In this document: positions 28,403-39,209 of the stretch, piece after piece | Layout of the letters: every line of letters starts with the position of its first letter | How positions within the stretch are numbered: the first letter of the stretch is position 1 | Notes under the pieces: model-generated | Databases searched by the model: none | What the model saw: only the letters and a program-made list of their open reading frames with translations | Told to the model about the DNA's origin: nothing | Source: Patescibacteria group bacterium | GTDB lineage: Bacteria; Patescibacteriota; Minisyncoccia; Phycocordibacterales; PALSA-1337 | DNA: 64,000 nucleotides | Assembly: GCA_018971685.1 (NCBI GenBank) | Contig: JAGXAG010000001.1 | Location: 90,396-154,395 of the forward strand | Direction: 5' to 3' | Made by a program: the position numbers and the translations under genes

Positions 28403-29257
28403 ATGAAATCATACCGCCCCACAACTCCATCGCGCAGACATATGACGGTTTTGCCATTCAAGCAGTATTTGACGGCTTCGGAACCGCATAAGCCGCTGAC
28501 CAGAGGTTTCAAAAGGGACATGGGCCGCAACAGCCACGGCCGTATCACCGTGCGCCACAAGGGCGGCGGACACAAGAAACTGTATCGCATCGTCGATTTC
28601 CTTTATGACAAGAAGAATATTCCGGCCAAAGTCATGACCGTGGAATATGATCCGTTTCGGACCGGTTATATCGGCCTGGTTGCTTATAAGGACGGCGAAA
28701 AGCGTTATACGCTTTTGCCCAAGACGATGAAAACCGGCGATTCGTTCATGGTATCGGAAAATGCGGCCATAGAGACGGGCAATAGGTTGCCGCTAAAAAG
28801 TATTCCGGTGGGTACCTTCATCTTTAATATCGAAGTCAGGCCCGGTGGCGGCGCGAAACTGGTCCGTTCGGCCGGTTCATTCGCCCAAGTGATCGCCAAT
28901 GACGCCGGTTATACTCATATCAAGATGCCTTCTACGGAAGTTCGCAAAATTCATGAAAACGCTTGGGCGTCGGTAGGCGCCGTATCGAACGAAGAAAATC
29001 ATTTGGTGCATATTGGCAAAGCCGGCCGCACCCGCTGGCTGGGTATCCGCCCGACGGTGCGTGGCTCGGTTATGAACCCGGTTGATCATCCTTACGGCGG
29101 CGGCGAACAGAGGACGGGACGCGGTCTGCGCCGGTTAAAGACGATGTGGGGCAAACCGGCCGGCAAAGGCCAGAAGACGCGCACGCCGAAGAAATATTCC
29201 AATGTTTTTATCGTTTCGCGCCGCCAAGTCGGCAAGAAGAAGTCCGCGGCCGAATAA
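28403..29257 (+). CDS. rplB: 50S ribosomal protein L2
   Basis: GRITVRHKGGG, EYDP, RPTVRGSVMNPVDHP. Confidence 0.98.
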   Translation: MKSYRPTTPSRRHMTVLPFKQYLTASEPHKPLTRGFKRDMGRNSHGRITVRHKGGGHKKLYRIVDFLYDKKNIPAKVMTVEYDPFRTGYIGLVAYKDGEKRYTLLPKTMKTGDSFMVSENAAIETGNRLPLKSIPVGTFIFNIEVRPGGGAKLVRSAGSFAQVIANDAGYTHIKMPSTEVRKIHENAWASVGAVSNEENHLVHIGKAGRTRWLGIRPTVRGSVMNPVDHPYGGGEQRTGRGLRRLKTMWGKPAGKGQKTRTPKKYSNVFIVSRRQVGKKKSAAE

Positions 29258-29474
29258 TTTTATCTCACCTCGCTATTTTCCCTGAATGTTTGGCCTTTTC
29301 GTCAAAGCAACCAAGAAAGTCATTGAGACGATAACTCTGTATATTGTCGGGTATTATTGACGGCTGTAGATAACGGCATTTGCTTTTCAGGTGGGGGGGG
29401 CGTACTATTAACGCCAGGAATAAAGGGCCAACATCGTAAGGCTCTATTAATAAACTGTAAGTCTATTATTTATC

Positions 29475-31031
29475 ATGAAGAAATCTTTATTTTCATTCGT
29501 TGTTCCATTGGCAGCGGTTTTTGCGTTTGCGGTAACCGTATTCATCCCGGCACCGGCAAGTGCGCAGACCACGCCGATTTGTCCTGCCGGTTACACTTGT
29601 ACGCCCATTAATCCTCAACCCATGAATTGTCCGGCGGGGTATATTTGCACGCCGACAAGCCTGCCTGCGCAAACATATTGCCATACTTTCAATACCAATT
29701 TAGGCATTGGCAGTTCTGGCGACGAAGTAGCCGCTTTGGTAAAAGTTTTGGGTATGGACGGTGAAGCGTTGGGTGTCGGCGGTTACTATAATCAATTTAA
29801 CGAAAATGTCGCATCAGCAGTCTCGTCATTCCAAGAGAAATACTCTTCAGACATTCTTACTCCAGTCGGCTTAACTTATGGCACCGGTTATGTCGGCGCG
29901 TCGACTCGGGCGAAATTGAATCAGTTATATGGATGCGTGACGACCAGCAATCAGAGTTCGCATGTAATATCATATCTTCAAGCGGCGGCCGAAGACAAAA
30001 ATATTATGCATGCCGGAGAACAAACCTGGATTTATGGATCGGGACTTTCTAGCGCTCAATATATAATGATAAACGGTCAAAGTGTGCCGATGTTACACTC
30101 TAGCGATACCTCGGTCTCGTTTTATGCGCCTTCATCGTTGCAAAATGGCACCGCTTCCATTTATGTCGGAGATCAAACTCTTTGGACAAGTAACTCAATT
30201 ACCGTTCAAACTGTAGCAAACGCCGCGAATTCTTCTTGTGCCTCCGGCCAAACATGGAACGGCACGGCGTGCGTAACAACGCAACCTTCAATCACCGTCT
30301 TGAGCCCGAATGGGGGACAGGTTTTCAATTCAGGAGGAACACTTACGGTAAATTGGAGTGCAAACAACATACCTGCGGCAGATTATTATCTATTCGTCTA
30401 CCTAAAGACCAAGCCGGATCAGATACTGGGCGGAACCGTATCCAATACCTATATTCCGCTTATGTTTAGAATCCGAAATGGAACAATGTTGACTTCGTCG
30501 TATACTACCAACATCACTTCGCCAGATACAAAAGGTGGCGGTGTAAGTCCCGGAGCGTATTATATTGAAGTTGATGCCGCTGATGAAAATGGCAATGTAT
30601 ACGCATCCGGAACAAGTAACGGAACCATTACCATTACTCCCCCAACTCCAGTGTCCGCAGTATCGCCCTCGATCACTTCGATTACCCCGACATCCGGCGT
30701 AGCGGGCGGCAAGGTACAGGTGACGCTTTACGGAACGGGTTTCATTCAGGGTACGCAAGTGTCATTCACAGGTCCGGTCGGTCCGTCGGCGACGAATACG
30801 CAAGTGCCGGCGTCGTCGATTTCCGCCGATGGAACCAGCCTGACTGTGGCTATGCCGACAACACTGACACCGGGCACTTACAATGTAAGAGTGATAAATA
30901 CTAACGGCATGAGCGCCAGAGCGGTATTCACGGTGACGCAATCGCCCAGCACGCAAACTTCCAGCATAATGGACGCACTCAGGGCGTATTGTAATAGCGG
31001 AGGCCAGTATTGCGACAGTTCGTGGAGGTAA
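29475..31031 (+). CDS. Secreted protein with CPxGYxC repeats, a peptidoglycan-binding domain and IPT/TIG-like domains
   Basis: Signal peptide; CPAGYTC and CPAGYIC; TGYVGASTRAKLN; SPNGG; PSITSITP. Confidence 0.75.
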   Translation: MKKSLFSFVVPLAAVFAFAVTVFIPAPASAQTTPICPAGYTCTPINPQPMNCPAGYICTPTSLPAQTYCHTFNTNLGIGSSGDEVAALVKVLGMDGEALGVGGYYNQFNENVASAVSSFQEKYSSDILTPVGLTYGTGYVGASTRAKLNQLYGCVTTSNQSSHVISYLQAAAEDKNIMHAGEQTWIYGSGLSSAQYIMINGQSVPMLHSSDTSVSFYAPSSLQNGTASIYVGDQTLWTSNSITVQTVANAANSSCASGQTWNGTACVTTQPSITVLSPNGGQVFNSGGTLTVNWSANNIPAADYYLFVYLKTKPDQILGGTVSNTYIPLMFRIRNGTMLTSSYTTNITSPDTKGGGVSPGAYYIEVDAADENGNVYASGTSNGTITITPPTPVSAVSPSITSITPTSGVAGGKVQVTLYGTGFIQGTQVSFTGPVGPSATNTQVPASSISADGTSLTVAMPTTLTPGTYNVRVINTNGMSARAVFTVTQSPSTQTSSIMDALRAYCNSGGQYCDSSWR

Positions 31032-31043
31032 AGTAATCGCGGT

Positions 31044-31078
31044 AAAACCACCACGAGGTCCGACCTCGTGGTGGTTTT
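31044..31078 (+). terminator. Hairpin terminator with a GGTCCGACC core
   Basis: AAAACCACCACGAGGT-CCG-ACCTCGTGGTGGTTTT. Confidence 0.7.
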
Positions 31079-31216
31079 TATGTTGACAAATAAGGTGTTT
31101 GCACATTTTGTACCCAAAGGTGCGAAAAAACGGTAAAAAACGCACCTTAAGGTACGAAATATGCTAATTTTAAGAAAAAATTTATAGAATAATTGAATTG
31201 ATGCTATAATCAACGC

Positions 31217-32737
31217 ATGAAAATATTCAAGCGTTTTCGGTTGAGAACTTATGTAATCGCTGGAATAATAATTCTGGTAATCGTATTCATAGCCGTGGCA
31301 AGCCGCGGATCCTCGGTATCGAACATAGAGTCCGCCGCCGTGACCAGGGGCAATATCGTCGAGCAAGTGAGCGTAACAGGCAAAGTGTCGCCGATCGACA
31401 AAGCCGACCTCGCTTTCGAGAAAAGCGGCGTAATTTCCAAAATCTTTGTGAAAGTCGGCGACAGCGTCAAGGCCGGCGACAAAATCGCGGCGCTGGACAG
31501 CGCCGGCGATCTCGCCAATCTGCAGTCGGCGCAAGCCAAACTCGACGATATGACCAGGACTTTGCGTCCCGAAGAATTGAGCGCCGAGCAGGCTAAAGTT
31601 GACTCGGCGAAAACTGCGCTGGATAACGCCAAAACCGACGCCTTGAACGCCGCGCGCGACGGATATGTCGAGACGGAAGGCGCAGTGGTAAATTATGCCG
31701 ACGCGTTCTTTACCAACCCACAAAGCGCCAATCCGACCATAAAAGTGACGACGCAGTCGCAGACTCAGGAAAATAGCATCGACGCCGAGCGCGTGGCCGT
31801 CACGGACGAATTGGCGGCGTGGCAAGCGGATTTGGCCGCGGCGACTTCGACGGATCGGGCCGCGTATTATCTATCGCGCGCGCACGGCCACCTTTCGATG
31901 ATCAAGAATTTCATGAACGATCTTTCCGGCATCGCGAACTATTTGAGCCCGGGCAATTCCGGGCTGGTGCAATCGGCAATCGATGCATATGTCGGCGCCA
32001 TGAATTCGGCGCAATCGGCGCTGAATCAGGCGATTTCCTCGGTAACAACGGCGGAAGCGGAACTGCAAAACGCTTCCGCGGCATACGACGAGGCGCGCAG
32101 CAATTTCATCCTGAAAAACGCCGGTTCTTCGCCGGAAGCGATCGCGGCACAGCAAGCTTCGGTGGCGTATTACCAGTCCGCTCTGGATAACGATGTCCTG
32201 GTTTCGCCGATCGACGGATTGGTTACGCGCGTCGATCCGAGCGATGGTGAATTTGTCTCGGCCGGGCAATCGGCGTTCTCGGTGCAGAGTTACGGCGATT
32301 ACAAGGTGGAAGCTTATGTGCCGGAAGCGGACATCGCCAAAGTGGCCTTGAATAATACCGCGGCGATCACGCTCGACGCTTACGGTCCGGATGTCAACTT
32401 TCCGGCGGTAGTTACCGCCATTGATCCGGCCGAAACGGTTCTGGAAGGCGTGCCCACTTACAAAGTCACCATGCATTTTACCCAAAAAGACGATCGCGTC
32501 CGCTCGGGCATGACGGCCAATACGGAAATCTTGACTCACGAACACGACAATGTGCTTACGATCCCCACGCGCGCCGTGGTCGACAATAGCGGCCAGAAAT
32601 CCGTGCGCGTCCTCGACGCCGACGGCAAAACTTACCGATCGGTGCCGGTCGTCGCCGGTCTGAAAGGGTCGGACGGCATGACGGAGATTATTTCGGGGCT
32701 TACGGAAGGGCAAAAGGTGGTGACTTATGTGAAGTAA
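31217..32737 (+). CDS. Efflux periplasmic adaptor (MacA/HlyD-like)
   Basis: V.VGDSVKAG lipoyl-like motif, coiled coil, SPIDG, E.ISGL.EG. Confidence 0.9.
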   Translation: MKIFKRFRLRTYVIAGIIILVIVFIAVASRGSSVSNIESAAVTRGNIVEQVSVTGKVSPIDKADLAFEKSGVISKIFVKVGDSVKAGDKIAALDSAGDLANLQSAQAKLDDMTRTLRPEELSAEQAKVDSAKTALDNAKTDALNAARDGYVETEGAVVNYADAFFTNPQSANPTIKVTTQSQTQENSIDAERVAVTDELAAWQADLAAATSTDRAAYYLSRAHGHLSMIKNFMNDLSGIANYLSPGNSGLVQSAIDAYVGAMNSAQSALNQAISSVTTAEAELQNASAAYDEARSNFILKNAGSSPEAIAAQQASVAYYQSALDNDVLVSPIDGLVTRVDPSDGEFVSAGQSAFSVQSYGDYKVEAYVPEADIAKVALNNTAAITLDAYGPDVNFPAVVTAIDPAETVLEGVPTYKVTMHFTQKDDRVRSGMTANTEILTHEHDNVLTIPTRAVVDNSGQKSVRVLDADGKTYRSVPVVAGLKGSDGMTEIISGLTEGQKVVTYVK

Positions 32738-32770
32738 TGGATGACTTGTTTGCGTGCCTGGTGTAAATGC

Positions 32771-33862
32771 ATGAAAGATTTATTCACGCGGTCAAAATCG
32801 AATCCGATCTTGAAACCCAATCCGGATAACGGCTGGGAGTCATTGAAAGTTTATAATCCCGGTGCCATTTTCCATGAAGGCAAATATCATCTCTTTTACC
32901 GCGCGGTCGGCAAAAGCGAGGATGCTCACTCCGCCATAGGCTATGCGACTTCCGTTGACGGCGAACATTTCGATCGATATCCAAAGCCGATACTTGACCG
33001 TGAAGAAGGCAACCCCCTTGAACTCCGCGGCTTGGAAGATCCCAGAATCACGAAAATCGGAGACACATTTTATATGGCATATGCGGCATATGATGGTAAG
33101 TTACCCAGACTTTGCACTGCAGAGTCAAAAGATTTGGCAATCTGGCATAAACAGGGGATTGCGTTTAAAAATTTTGACTTTATAAGTACCGATGGCAGAT
33201 TTTGGGGATTAAAAGGAGAAGGCAAATTTAGAGTGAACGCGGCGACGAAAAAGCAAAAAAATAACTGGAGCAAATCAGGCGCTATCTTTCCAGAAAAGAT
33301 TAACAATAAATACTGGATGATTTTTAATGATCCTACGATTTGGATAGCGAATTCGGACGATGCTATAAATTGGAACCTTGCCGTCAAAGAACCGTTGATT
33401 TACTCACGAACCAGTACTGATTTATTTGACAATTTGTATGTCGAAGTCGGTCCGCCGCCGATTAAAACCAATAGAGGGTGGTTTGTTATGTATCATGGGA
33501 TTAATGAATTACATCAGTATCAATTGGGATTTGTGCTTTTAGAACTTAATAATCCGTTGAAAGTCATCTATCGTTCCAGTGGACCTATATTCGGACCAAG
33601 AGAAGAATATGAACTTGGTGGCATGGTCGATATTGTACCAGGCGTTATGGATTTGATTTGGGAAGGTGATGAACGAAAAATCAAGCTACATCTGAAAGAA
33701 GCGGAGGCGAAAGGTTTCATGCCGCAGGTCGCATTTGTTCCGGCGGCCGTGCTAGTCGATGGTAATCTGCGCTTATTCTACGGCGCCGGCGATCAATACA
33801 TCTGCACCGCAACCGCACGAATCGACGATATTCTAGCGACGATTGATTCGGTTCAGGCTTGA
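32771..33862 (+). CDS. Five-bladed beta-propeller glycosidase/phosphorylase (GH130-like)
   Basis: VYNPGA, GLEDPRI, GPPPIKT..GW...YHG, YGAGD. Confidence 0.8.
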   Translation: MKDLFTRSKSNPILKPNPDNGWESLKVYNPGAIFHEGKYHLFYRAVGKSEDAHSAIGYATSVDGEHFDRYPKPILDREEGNPLELRGLEDPRITKIGDTFYMAYAAYDGKLPRLCTAESKDLAIWHKQGIAFKNFDFISTDGRFWGLKGEGKFRVNAATKKQKNNWSKSGAIFPEKINNKYWMIFNDPTIWIANSDDAINWNLAVKEPLIYSRTSTDLFDNLYVEVGPPPIKTNRGWFVMYHGINELHQYQLGFVLLELNNPLKVIYRSSGPIFGPREEYELGGMVDIVPGVMDLIWEGDERKIKLHLKEAEAKGFMPQVAFVPAAVLVDGNLRLFYGAGDQYICTATARIDDILATIDSVQA

Positions 33863-33893
33863 CTACTAAGCACATGGCGATATAATTGTGGTT

Positions 33894-34103
33894 ATGAGTA
33901 AAATAACCATATCAAAAACCGAATATTCAAACCTAAAGAAACAGTCGAAAGCTTATAGAGTTGTCATGGCCAGATTATTCGAGTTGTTGATAAAAGATCC
34001 CGTCAAATCAGTCGTAGACGATTTTCGTAAAATCGGCCTGTATTCTGACGGATTCCTGTCCGATCTGGAAGCGGGATTGCGCAAATCTTCCTACGGTGGT
34101 TAA
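33894..34103 (+). CDS. Small putative antitoxin
   Basis: Short gene directly upstream of a RelE-like toxin; TATAAT 7 nt upstream. Confidence 0.6.
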   Translation: MSKITISKTEYSNLKKQSKAYRVVMARLFELLIKDPVKSVVDDFRKIGLYSDGFLSDLEAGLRKSSYGG

Positions 34104-34111
34104 TCAACGGC

Positions 34112-34363
34112 ATGAAAATTGAACCTCTTCGGAGAGATCTTCTTGAATATTTGAACAGCCACAAGCTTGCCTCCAAATGGAAGAAGTCCGCAAGATTATT
34201 TGAGACTAATGTGCGCCATCCGTCACTTCATGTGGAATTGCTGGAGCCGAAATGGCACGGCATTTATTCTTTCAGGATTGATAAAAAATATCGCGCCCTG
34301 TTTTTCATAGTAGACGGAGCTTCTGCGGAAGTATTTCAGATTACCAATCATTACAAGAAATAA
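34112..34363 (+). CDS. RelE/HigB/YoeB-like toxin
   Basis: HPSL..E.L, IYSFRIDKKYRALF, NHY. Confidence 0.8.
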   Translation: MKIEPLRRDLLEYLNSHKLASKWKKSARLFETNVRHPSLHVELLEPKWHGIYSFRIDKKYRALFFIVDGASAEVFQITNHYKK

Positions 34364-34406
34364 AATCGATGAAGACGGGCAATAAATTCAAGGGACTGAA
34401 AACAAA

Positions 34407-35126
34407 ATGGATATTATCGTAGCAAAAGACTTGCGAAAGTCATACAAGGATGGTGAGGCCGAGACGGTCGCTTTGGACGGCGTTTCATTCACGGTGAGGA
34501 AAGGGGAGTTCATGGCGATCATGGGGCCGTCGGGGAGCGGCAAGTCGACACTGTTGCATGTTTTGGGATTACTCGACGAGCCGACGAGCGGGCACTACGG
34601 CTTCAACGGCAAGGATACTTCCGAATATTCGCGTGACGAGTTGGCGGATCTGCGCAATCGGGAAGTTGGCTTCGTTTTCCAGGCGTTCAATCTGCTACCC
34701 AGGACTTCGGTGCTCGAGAATGTCAAACTGCCGCTTTATTATTCAGGCATCGATGAGAGCGAATGGGAAAATCTCGCCAAAAAAGCGGTTGAAGATGTCG
34801 GGCTCGGGCAGCGCATGTATCACGAACAGGCCGAACTTTCCGGCGGCGAAAAACAGAGAGTCGCCATTGCGCGGGCGCTCGTCACCGACCCGGAAGTGAT
34901 ATTTGCCGACGAGCCGACCGGCAACCTCGATTCCAAATCGGGCAAGAATGTCATGTCGATCATTCAGCACCTGAATGAAGAGCACGGCAAAACAATCGTC
35001 CTTATCACCCACGAAACTTCCACGGCCGAACATTCCGAGCGCATTATCCGGCTTCTGGACGGGAAAATTGAGAGCGATGAGAAGGTCGCAAAACGCTTGA
35101 CGGCGGATGATGAGTTTGTGAAATGA
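34407..35126 (+). CDS. ABC transporter ATP-binding protein (MacB/LolD-like)
   Basis: [30 protein letters not shown]. Confidence 0.95.
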   Translation: MDIIVAKDLRKSYKDGEAETVALDGVSFTVRKGEFMAIMGPSGSGKSTLLHVLGLLDEPTSGHYGFNGKDTSEYSRDELADLRNREVGFVFQAFNLLPRTSVLENVKLPLYYSGIDESEWENLAKKAVEDVGLGQRMYHEQAELSGGEKQRVAIARALVTDPEVIFADEPTGNLDSKSGKNVMSIIQHLNEEHGKTIVLITHETSTAEHSERIIRLLDGKIESDEKVAKRLTADDEFVK

Positions 35127-35197
35127 AGCGCAGGTGCCTGTTTTGTCGATCACGGTGAGCCAGTCAAATTGATTCAAGTAAAACCGAAAATTTCCAA

Positions 35198-36436
35198 ATG
35201 ACTTACAAACATATATTCAATACGGCGATCAGAGGACTGTCGACCAACCGGTCGCGCTCTTTCCTGACGATTTTCGGCATAGTGATCGGCATCACGGCGA
35301 TCATGCTGGTGGTGTCTTTGGGCGCGGGCGCGCAGGATCTGATACTCGGCCAGGTGCAGGGTCTGGGCACGAATACCATAGCCGTTATTCCCGGCAGGGA
35401 ACCGACCGGACCGTCCGATGTGACCGCCCTATACAGCGACTCGCTCAAGGACAAGGACATAACCGCGCTCACCAATAAAGGCAATGTGCCGTATTTGAAA
35501 AGCATCATGCCCGTGGTCTTCGGCGCCGGCGCTTCGTCTTACGGTTCCAATACCTATCAAGTGACCATATTCGGCGGCACCGATCTCGTCGCCGAAGTAT
35601 TCGATCTGCATCCGTCCGAAGGCCAGTTTTTTGACGCCAGCGACGTGCCGTCCCGTTCAAATGTGGCGGTCATCGGTTCCGATGTCGTCGATCACTTGTT
35701 CGACGGGCAAGATCCTGTAGGGCAAAATATCAAAGTAAAGAGCCGGAACCTGCGCGTGGTGGGCGTATTGCCCAAGTCCGGCGGCGGCACTCTCTTCAAT
35801 TTCGATTCTATGGTCATAATGCCGTATACTACGGCGCAGGATTACATTCTGGGTCAGAAATATTTCAGCCGCATAATCATACAAACCGAGACGGATGCGG
35901 AAGTGGCGGTTACGGCCGAGGACATCAAGCTCACCCTACGGGATTCTCACGGGATCACCGATCCGACCAAGGACGACTTTACGGTCCAAACACAGCAGGA
36001 TCTGGCCAACAGGCTGGGAACGATCACTTCGGCGCTCACCTGGTTCCTGGTGGCGGTGGCATCAATCGCGCTTTTTGTCGGCGGCGTCGGCATCATGAAT
36101 ATCATGCTGGTGGCGGTGACGGAACGCACGCGGGAGATCGGCCTTCGGAAAGCGCTGGGCGCGACGGATCGCGATATTCTGTCGCAATTCTTGCTGGAAG
36201 CGGTCTTGCTCACGGCGATCGGCGGAGCGATCGGGATATTCTTGGGGACGGTGTTAGCGTTCGTGATCTCGGTCGGCCTTTCGAAAGGCCTGGGCGTGAA
36301 CTGGCAGTATGTTTTCCCTTGGGGCGGCGCGCTCTTGGGTTTCGGCGTGTCGGCGCTCGTCGGTCTTGTTTTCGGCGGCTATCCGGCCAGCCAAGCGAGC
36401 AAAAAGAGTCCGATCGAGGCGTTACGGTATGAGTGA
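35198..36436 (+). CDS. ABC transporter permease (MacB/FtsX family)
   Basis: GGVGIMNIML.AVTERTREIG, PIEALRYE. Confidence 0.95.
   Translation: MTYKHIFNTAIRGLSTNRSRSFLTIFGIVIGITAIMLVVSLGAGAQDLILGQVQGLGTNTIAVIPGREPTGPSDVTALYSDSLKDKDITALTNKGNVPYLKSIMPVVFGAGASSYGSNTYQVTIFGGTDLVAEVFDLHPSEGQFFDASDVPSRSNVAVIGSDVVDHLFDGQDPVGQNIKVKSRNLRVVGVLPKSGGGTLFNFDSMVIMPYTTAQDYILGQKYFSRIIIQTETDAEVAVTAEDIKLTLRDSHGITDPTKDDFTVQTQQDLANRLGTITSALTWFLVAVASIALFVGGVGIMNIMLVAVTERTREIGLRKALGATDRDILSQFLLEAVLLTAIGGAIGIFLGTVLAFVISVGLSKGLGVNWQYVFPWGGALLGFGVSALVGLVFGGYPASQASKKSPIEALRYE
36373..36436 (+). repeat. Direct repeat, left copy (attL-like): 3' end of the permease gene
   Basis: 64 bp matching 42333-42396; first 45 bp identical, 4 synonymous mismatches. 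Confidence 0.95.
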
Positions 36437-36552
36437 GGCATTGTTCCAAGTTTTCTCTTTCATATAAAATAATAACGGCGATCTTAAAGACGCTTAAATT
36501 ATCCACAGGTAAATCTTAAATTCGGCGTTGTTTTTTTGTTATAATTTGATTC

Positions 36553-38457
36553 ATGAAGAGAGCGATTGTCATGATTTCTTTCGGTTCGGTATTGATTCTT
36601 ACCCCGTTTTTTGAGGTTATGGCGGCTGGGTATGGAGATACCGGTTGGGGGATAACGGCTACGGTTACCAATGCATGGCAAAGCGTAGTATGTACGGTGG
36701 GATCGTGGATGTCGATAGCCCCGGCGTATTGCGGTTATGAAGAGAAAGCGGCCAACAAACCGACAGTACCAAAGACACCGTCATTAAACACCGTCATTTC
36801 CCGTGATTCAATCGGCTCAAGGCAAATCGCCGAACCGGTTCAAACATCACGGTTTTTGTCACCGACGGTGCCGTCTGTATCAGGTAAGGCCGATATCCAA
36901 TCGATAGTGAACGAAGCCGTAGCTGTGGCTTTATCTAAACTCCAGATCCCCGCCAACCAATCGCCAAGTCCCGCCGATATCACCGGTCGCGCATCGACTT
37001 CCCCAACCAATTATGCCAATACTATTCCACCGGACATATACCGTTTTGTTTCCGATCAGGCCTCATCGAACGGTTACAGTGCAGGTCAAGCCGTATCGAA
37101 CAGTGCATCGGCCATAACCTCCGCATATACTTCCGCCATATCAGACGCCGTTACCGGCGGGCTTACCGCCTTCGATGGTTCGACTCTGCATGCGGGTACA
37201 AGCACCTTAGGCCAACTTACGGCAGGATCAACCACACTCTCAAGCCTAAATGTATCCGGAAATGCTGCCGTAACAGGCGCTCTCACTGTCGGTTCTCTGG
37301 TTTCGGGCGGTCAGACCATAGGAGGTAACTTCGGTGTTAGTGGCACGACCACCCTAGCTACTACAACGGTTAGCAATCTATCGGCTTCAACTATGAGTAT
37401 TGGTTCATTGAGCGGTATACTATATGGGAACAATGGGATTGTCGGGACTACCAGTTTGTCCAGTCTCACTTCAAACATTATATCCACACAAGGCAATACT
37501 ATAACTTCAAATATAAACGGTGTACAGGCTAGCGCCTTATTGCCGTATGCGTCGGCTTCGAGCGACGGTTAGGTTTCCACCACCACCCAGTCATTTTCCG
37601 GTAACAAGAATTTCTCAGGATCATTGACGGCAGGTTCGACCACACTATCATCGCTGTCAGTCACAGGTTCGACATCTTTGGCGTCGCTTGCAGTCAGCGG
37701 CGTTACGGCATTGTCAGGTCCTCTTACGGTCTCTCTCGGTAGCCTGTCCGGGTCTGATACTTATTATGATATGAGTAAAATAGCAAATTACAATCAAATG
37801 TCCATAAGCTCCGGACAGATACAACTGTCTCTGGCGTGGACTTGTGGAAGTCACACTCTGGTAGGCCCAGACGGTTTGACCTATGGTACTGTCGTCGGGG
37901 CTGACGGCAACTGCTGGCTGGACAGGAACCTAGGCGCTACGGAAGTAGCCACAGCCTACAACGATGCCAATGCATATGGTTACTACTATCAATGGGGACG
38001 CGGTATGGATGGCCACCAGATATCTACCAGTTTGACCACAAATACTCTATCCTCCACTGACCAGCCGGGCAACAGCAATTTCATATTGGCGCCAAGCTCT
38101 CCTTATGACTGGCGTAGTCCGCAGAATAACAATCTATGGCAAGGAGCGTCGGGAGTAAACAATCCTTGTCCGAATGGATTCCGCTTGCCGACTAACCAGG
38201 AATGGTCGAACCTGGTATCGGCGGCGGGAATTACCGATTACTCAACAGCTTTCAGTTCCTCATTGAAACTAACACTAGCCGGCGACCGCGACTACTCCTC
38301 CGGTAGTCTCAGCCCTCAGGGAGGTTTCGGTCTCTACTGGTCGAGCTCAGTCTCCGGTGCGAATGCTTTCTCCCTGTACTTCAGCTCTTCCGGGGTTAGC
38401 CCTTCGTACTCGTACTACCGGGCCTACGGCTTCTCGGTTCGTTGTATAAAGAATTGA
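36553..38457 (+). CDS. DGR target protein (Ser/Thr-rich stalk plus C-terminal CLec/FISUMP-like variable domain), interrupted by an in-frame TAG at 37570-37572
   Basis: ORFs 36553-37572 and 37624-38457 share one frame; CWLDRNLGA, YYQWGR, NPCPNGFRLPT, YWSSS, GFSVRCIK. Confidence 0.85.
38276..38451 (+). repeat. DGR variable repeat (VR)
   Basis: 176 bp ungapped match to 39001-39176; 19 of 20 mismatches opposite TR adenines. Confidence 0.97.
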
Positions 38458-38486
38458 CAATTTATCAATTTGACAATTAAAAAATT

Positions 38487-39209
38487 ATGGCGCTCTACTA
38501 CACATTGCCGATATACAAATCTAGTTACAAACTTGCTTTCTTGTTGTTCGATGCCTCTACCCATTTTGCCAGAGAGTATAAATATACTGTTGGTCAGCAA
38601 TTGAAAGACGAAGCGATGAAATTGGTTAAAAATGTGTATAGAGCCAATAAAGCTATTGATAAAAATTGTGCCATAAATGAGGCGAGAGAAAATGCGGAAA
38701 TGATACGGCTGATGGTCCGTCTGATGAAGGATTTCAATCAGCTTAGCCTGAAAAAATTCCTGGAAATCAATCTGTGCATAGAAGATGTGTCCAAGCAACT
38801 CACTTCTTGGGGAAAGAGCTTTAGGACAAAATTATCAATACCGCCTGAATCGTCTGTAGCCAGAGCCCAGACGAGCGTGCGGAGCAAATTCAATGGCCCC
38901 CTTGCCTCATCAGGCAAGGAATATCGTCCGGATCACGGATGTGTTTCGCCGTCCCGTACTCATGGGGAAGGTGCGACAAATACAGAGGCCATAATCACAG
39001 TAGCCGGCTACCGCGACAACTCCTCCGGTAGTCTCAACAATCAGGGAGGTAACGGTAACTACTGGTCGAGCTCAGTCTCCGGTACGAATGCTTTCAACCT
39101 GAACTTCAACTCTTCCGGGGTTAACCCTTCGAACACGAACAACCGGGCCAACGGCTTCTCGGTTCGTTGTATAAAGCATTTGCAAATAGCGTATGAAAAA
39201 GTCAATTAA
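38487..39209 (+). CDS. avd: Avd-like four-helix-bundle accessory protein; ORF continues in frame through TR
   Basis: LPIYK..Y, F.REYKYTVG..LK, SKQLTSW; no stop until 39209. Confidence 0.85.
   Translation: MALYYTLPIYKSSYKLAFLLFDASTHFAREYKYTVGQQLKDEAMKLVKNVYRANKAIDKNCAINEARENAEMIRLMVRLMKDFNQLSLKKFLEINLCIEDVSKQLTSWGKSFRTKLSIPPESSVARAQTSVRSKFNGPLASSGKEYRPDHGCVSPSRTHGEGATNTEAIITVAGYRDNSSGSLNNQGGNGNYWSSSVSGTNAFNLNFNSSGVNPSNTNNRANGFSVRCIKHLQIAYEKVN
39001..39176 (+). repeat. DGR template repeat (TR)
   Basis: Copy of VR containing 14 AAY codons, located between the Avd domain and RT. Confidence 0.97.

Noticed and set aside
37570-37572. Genome-wide stop-codon reassignment explaining the TAG in the DGR target
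   Set aside because: TAG ends rpsL, rpsG and rplR, and TGA ends rplC, secY and map, at their expected lengths.
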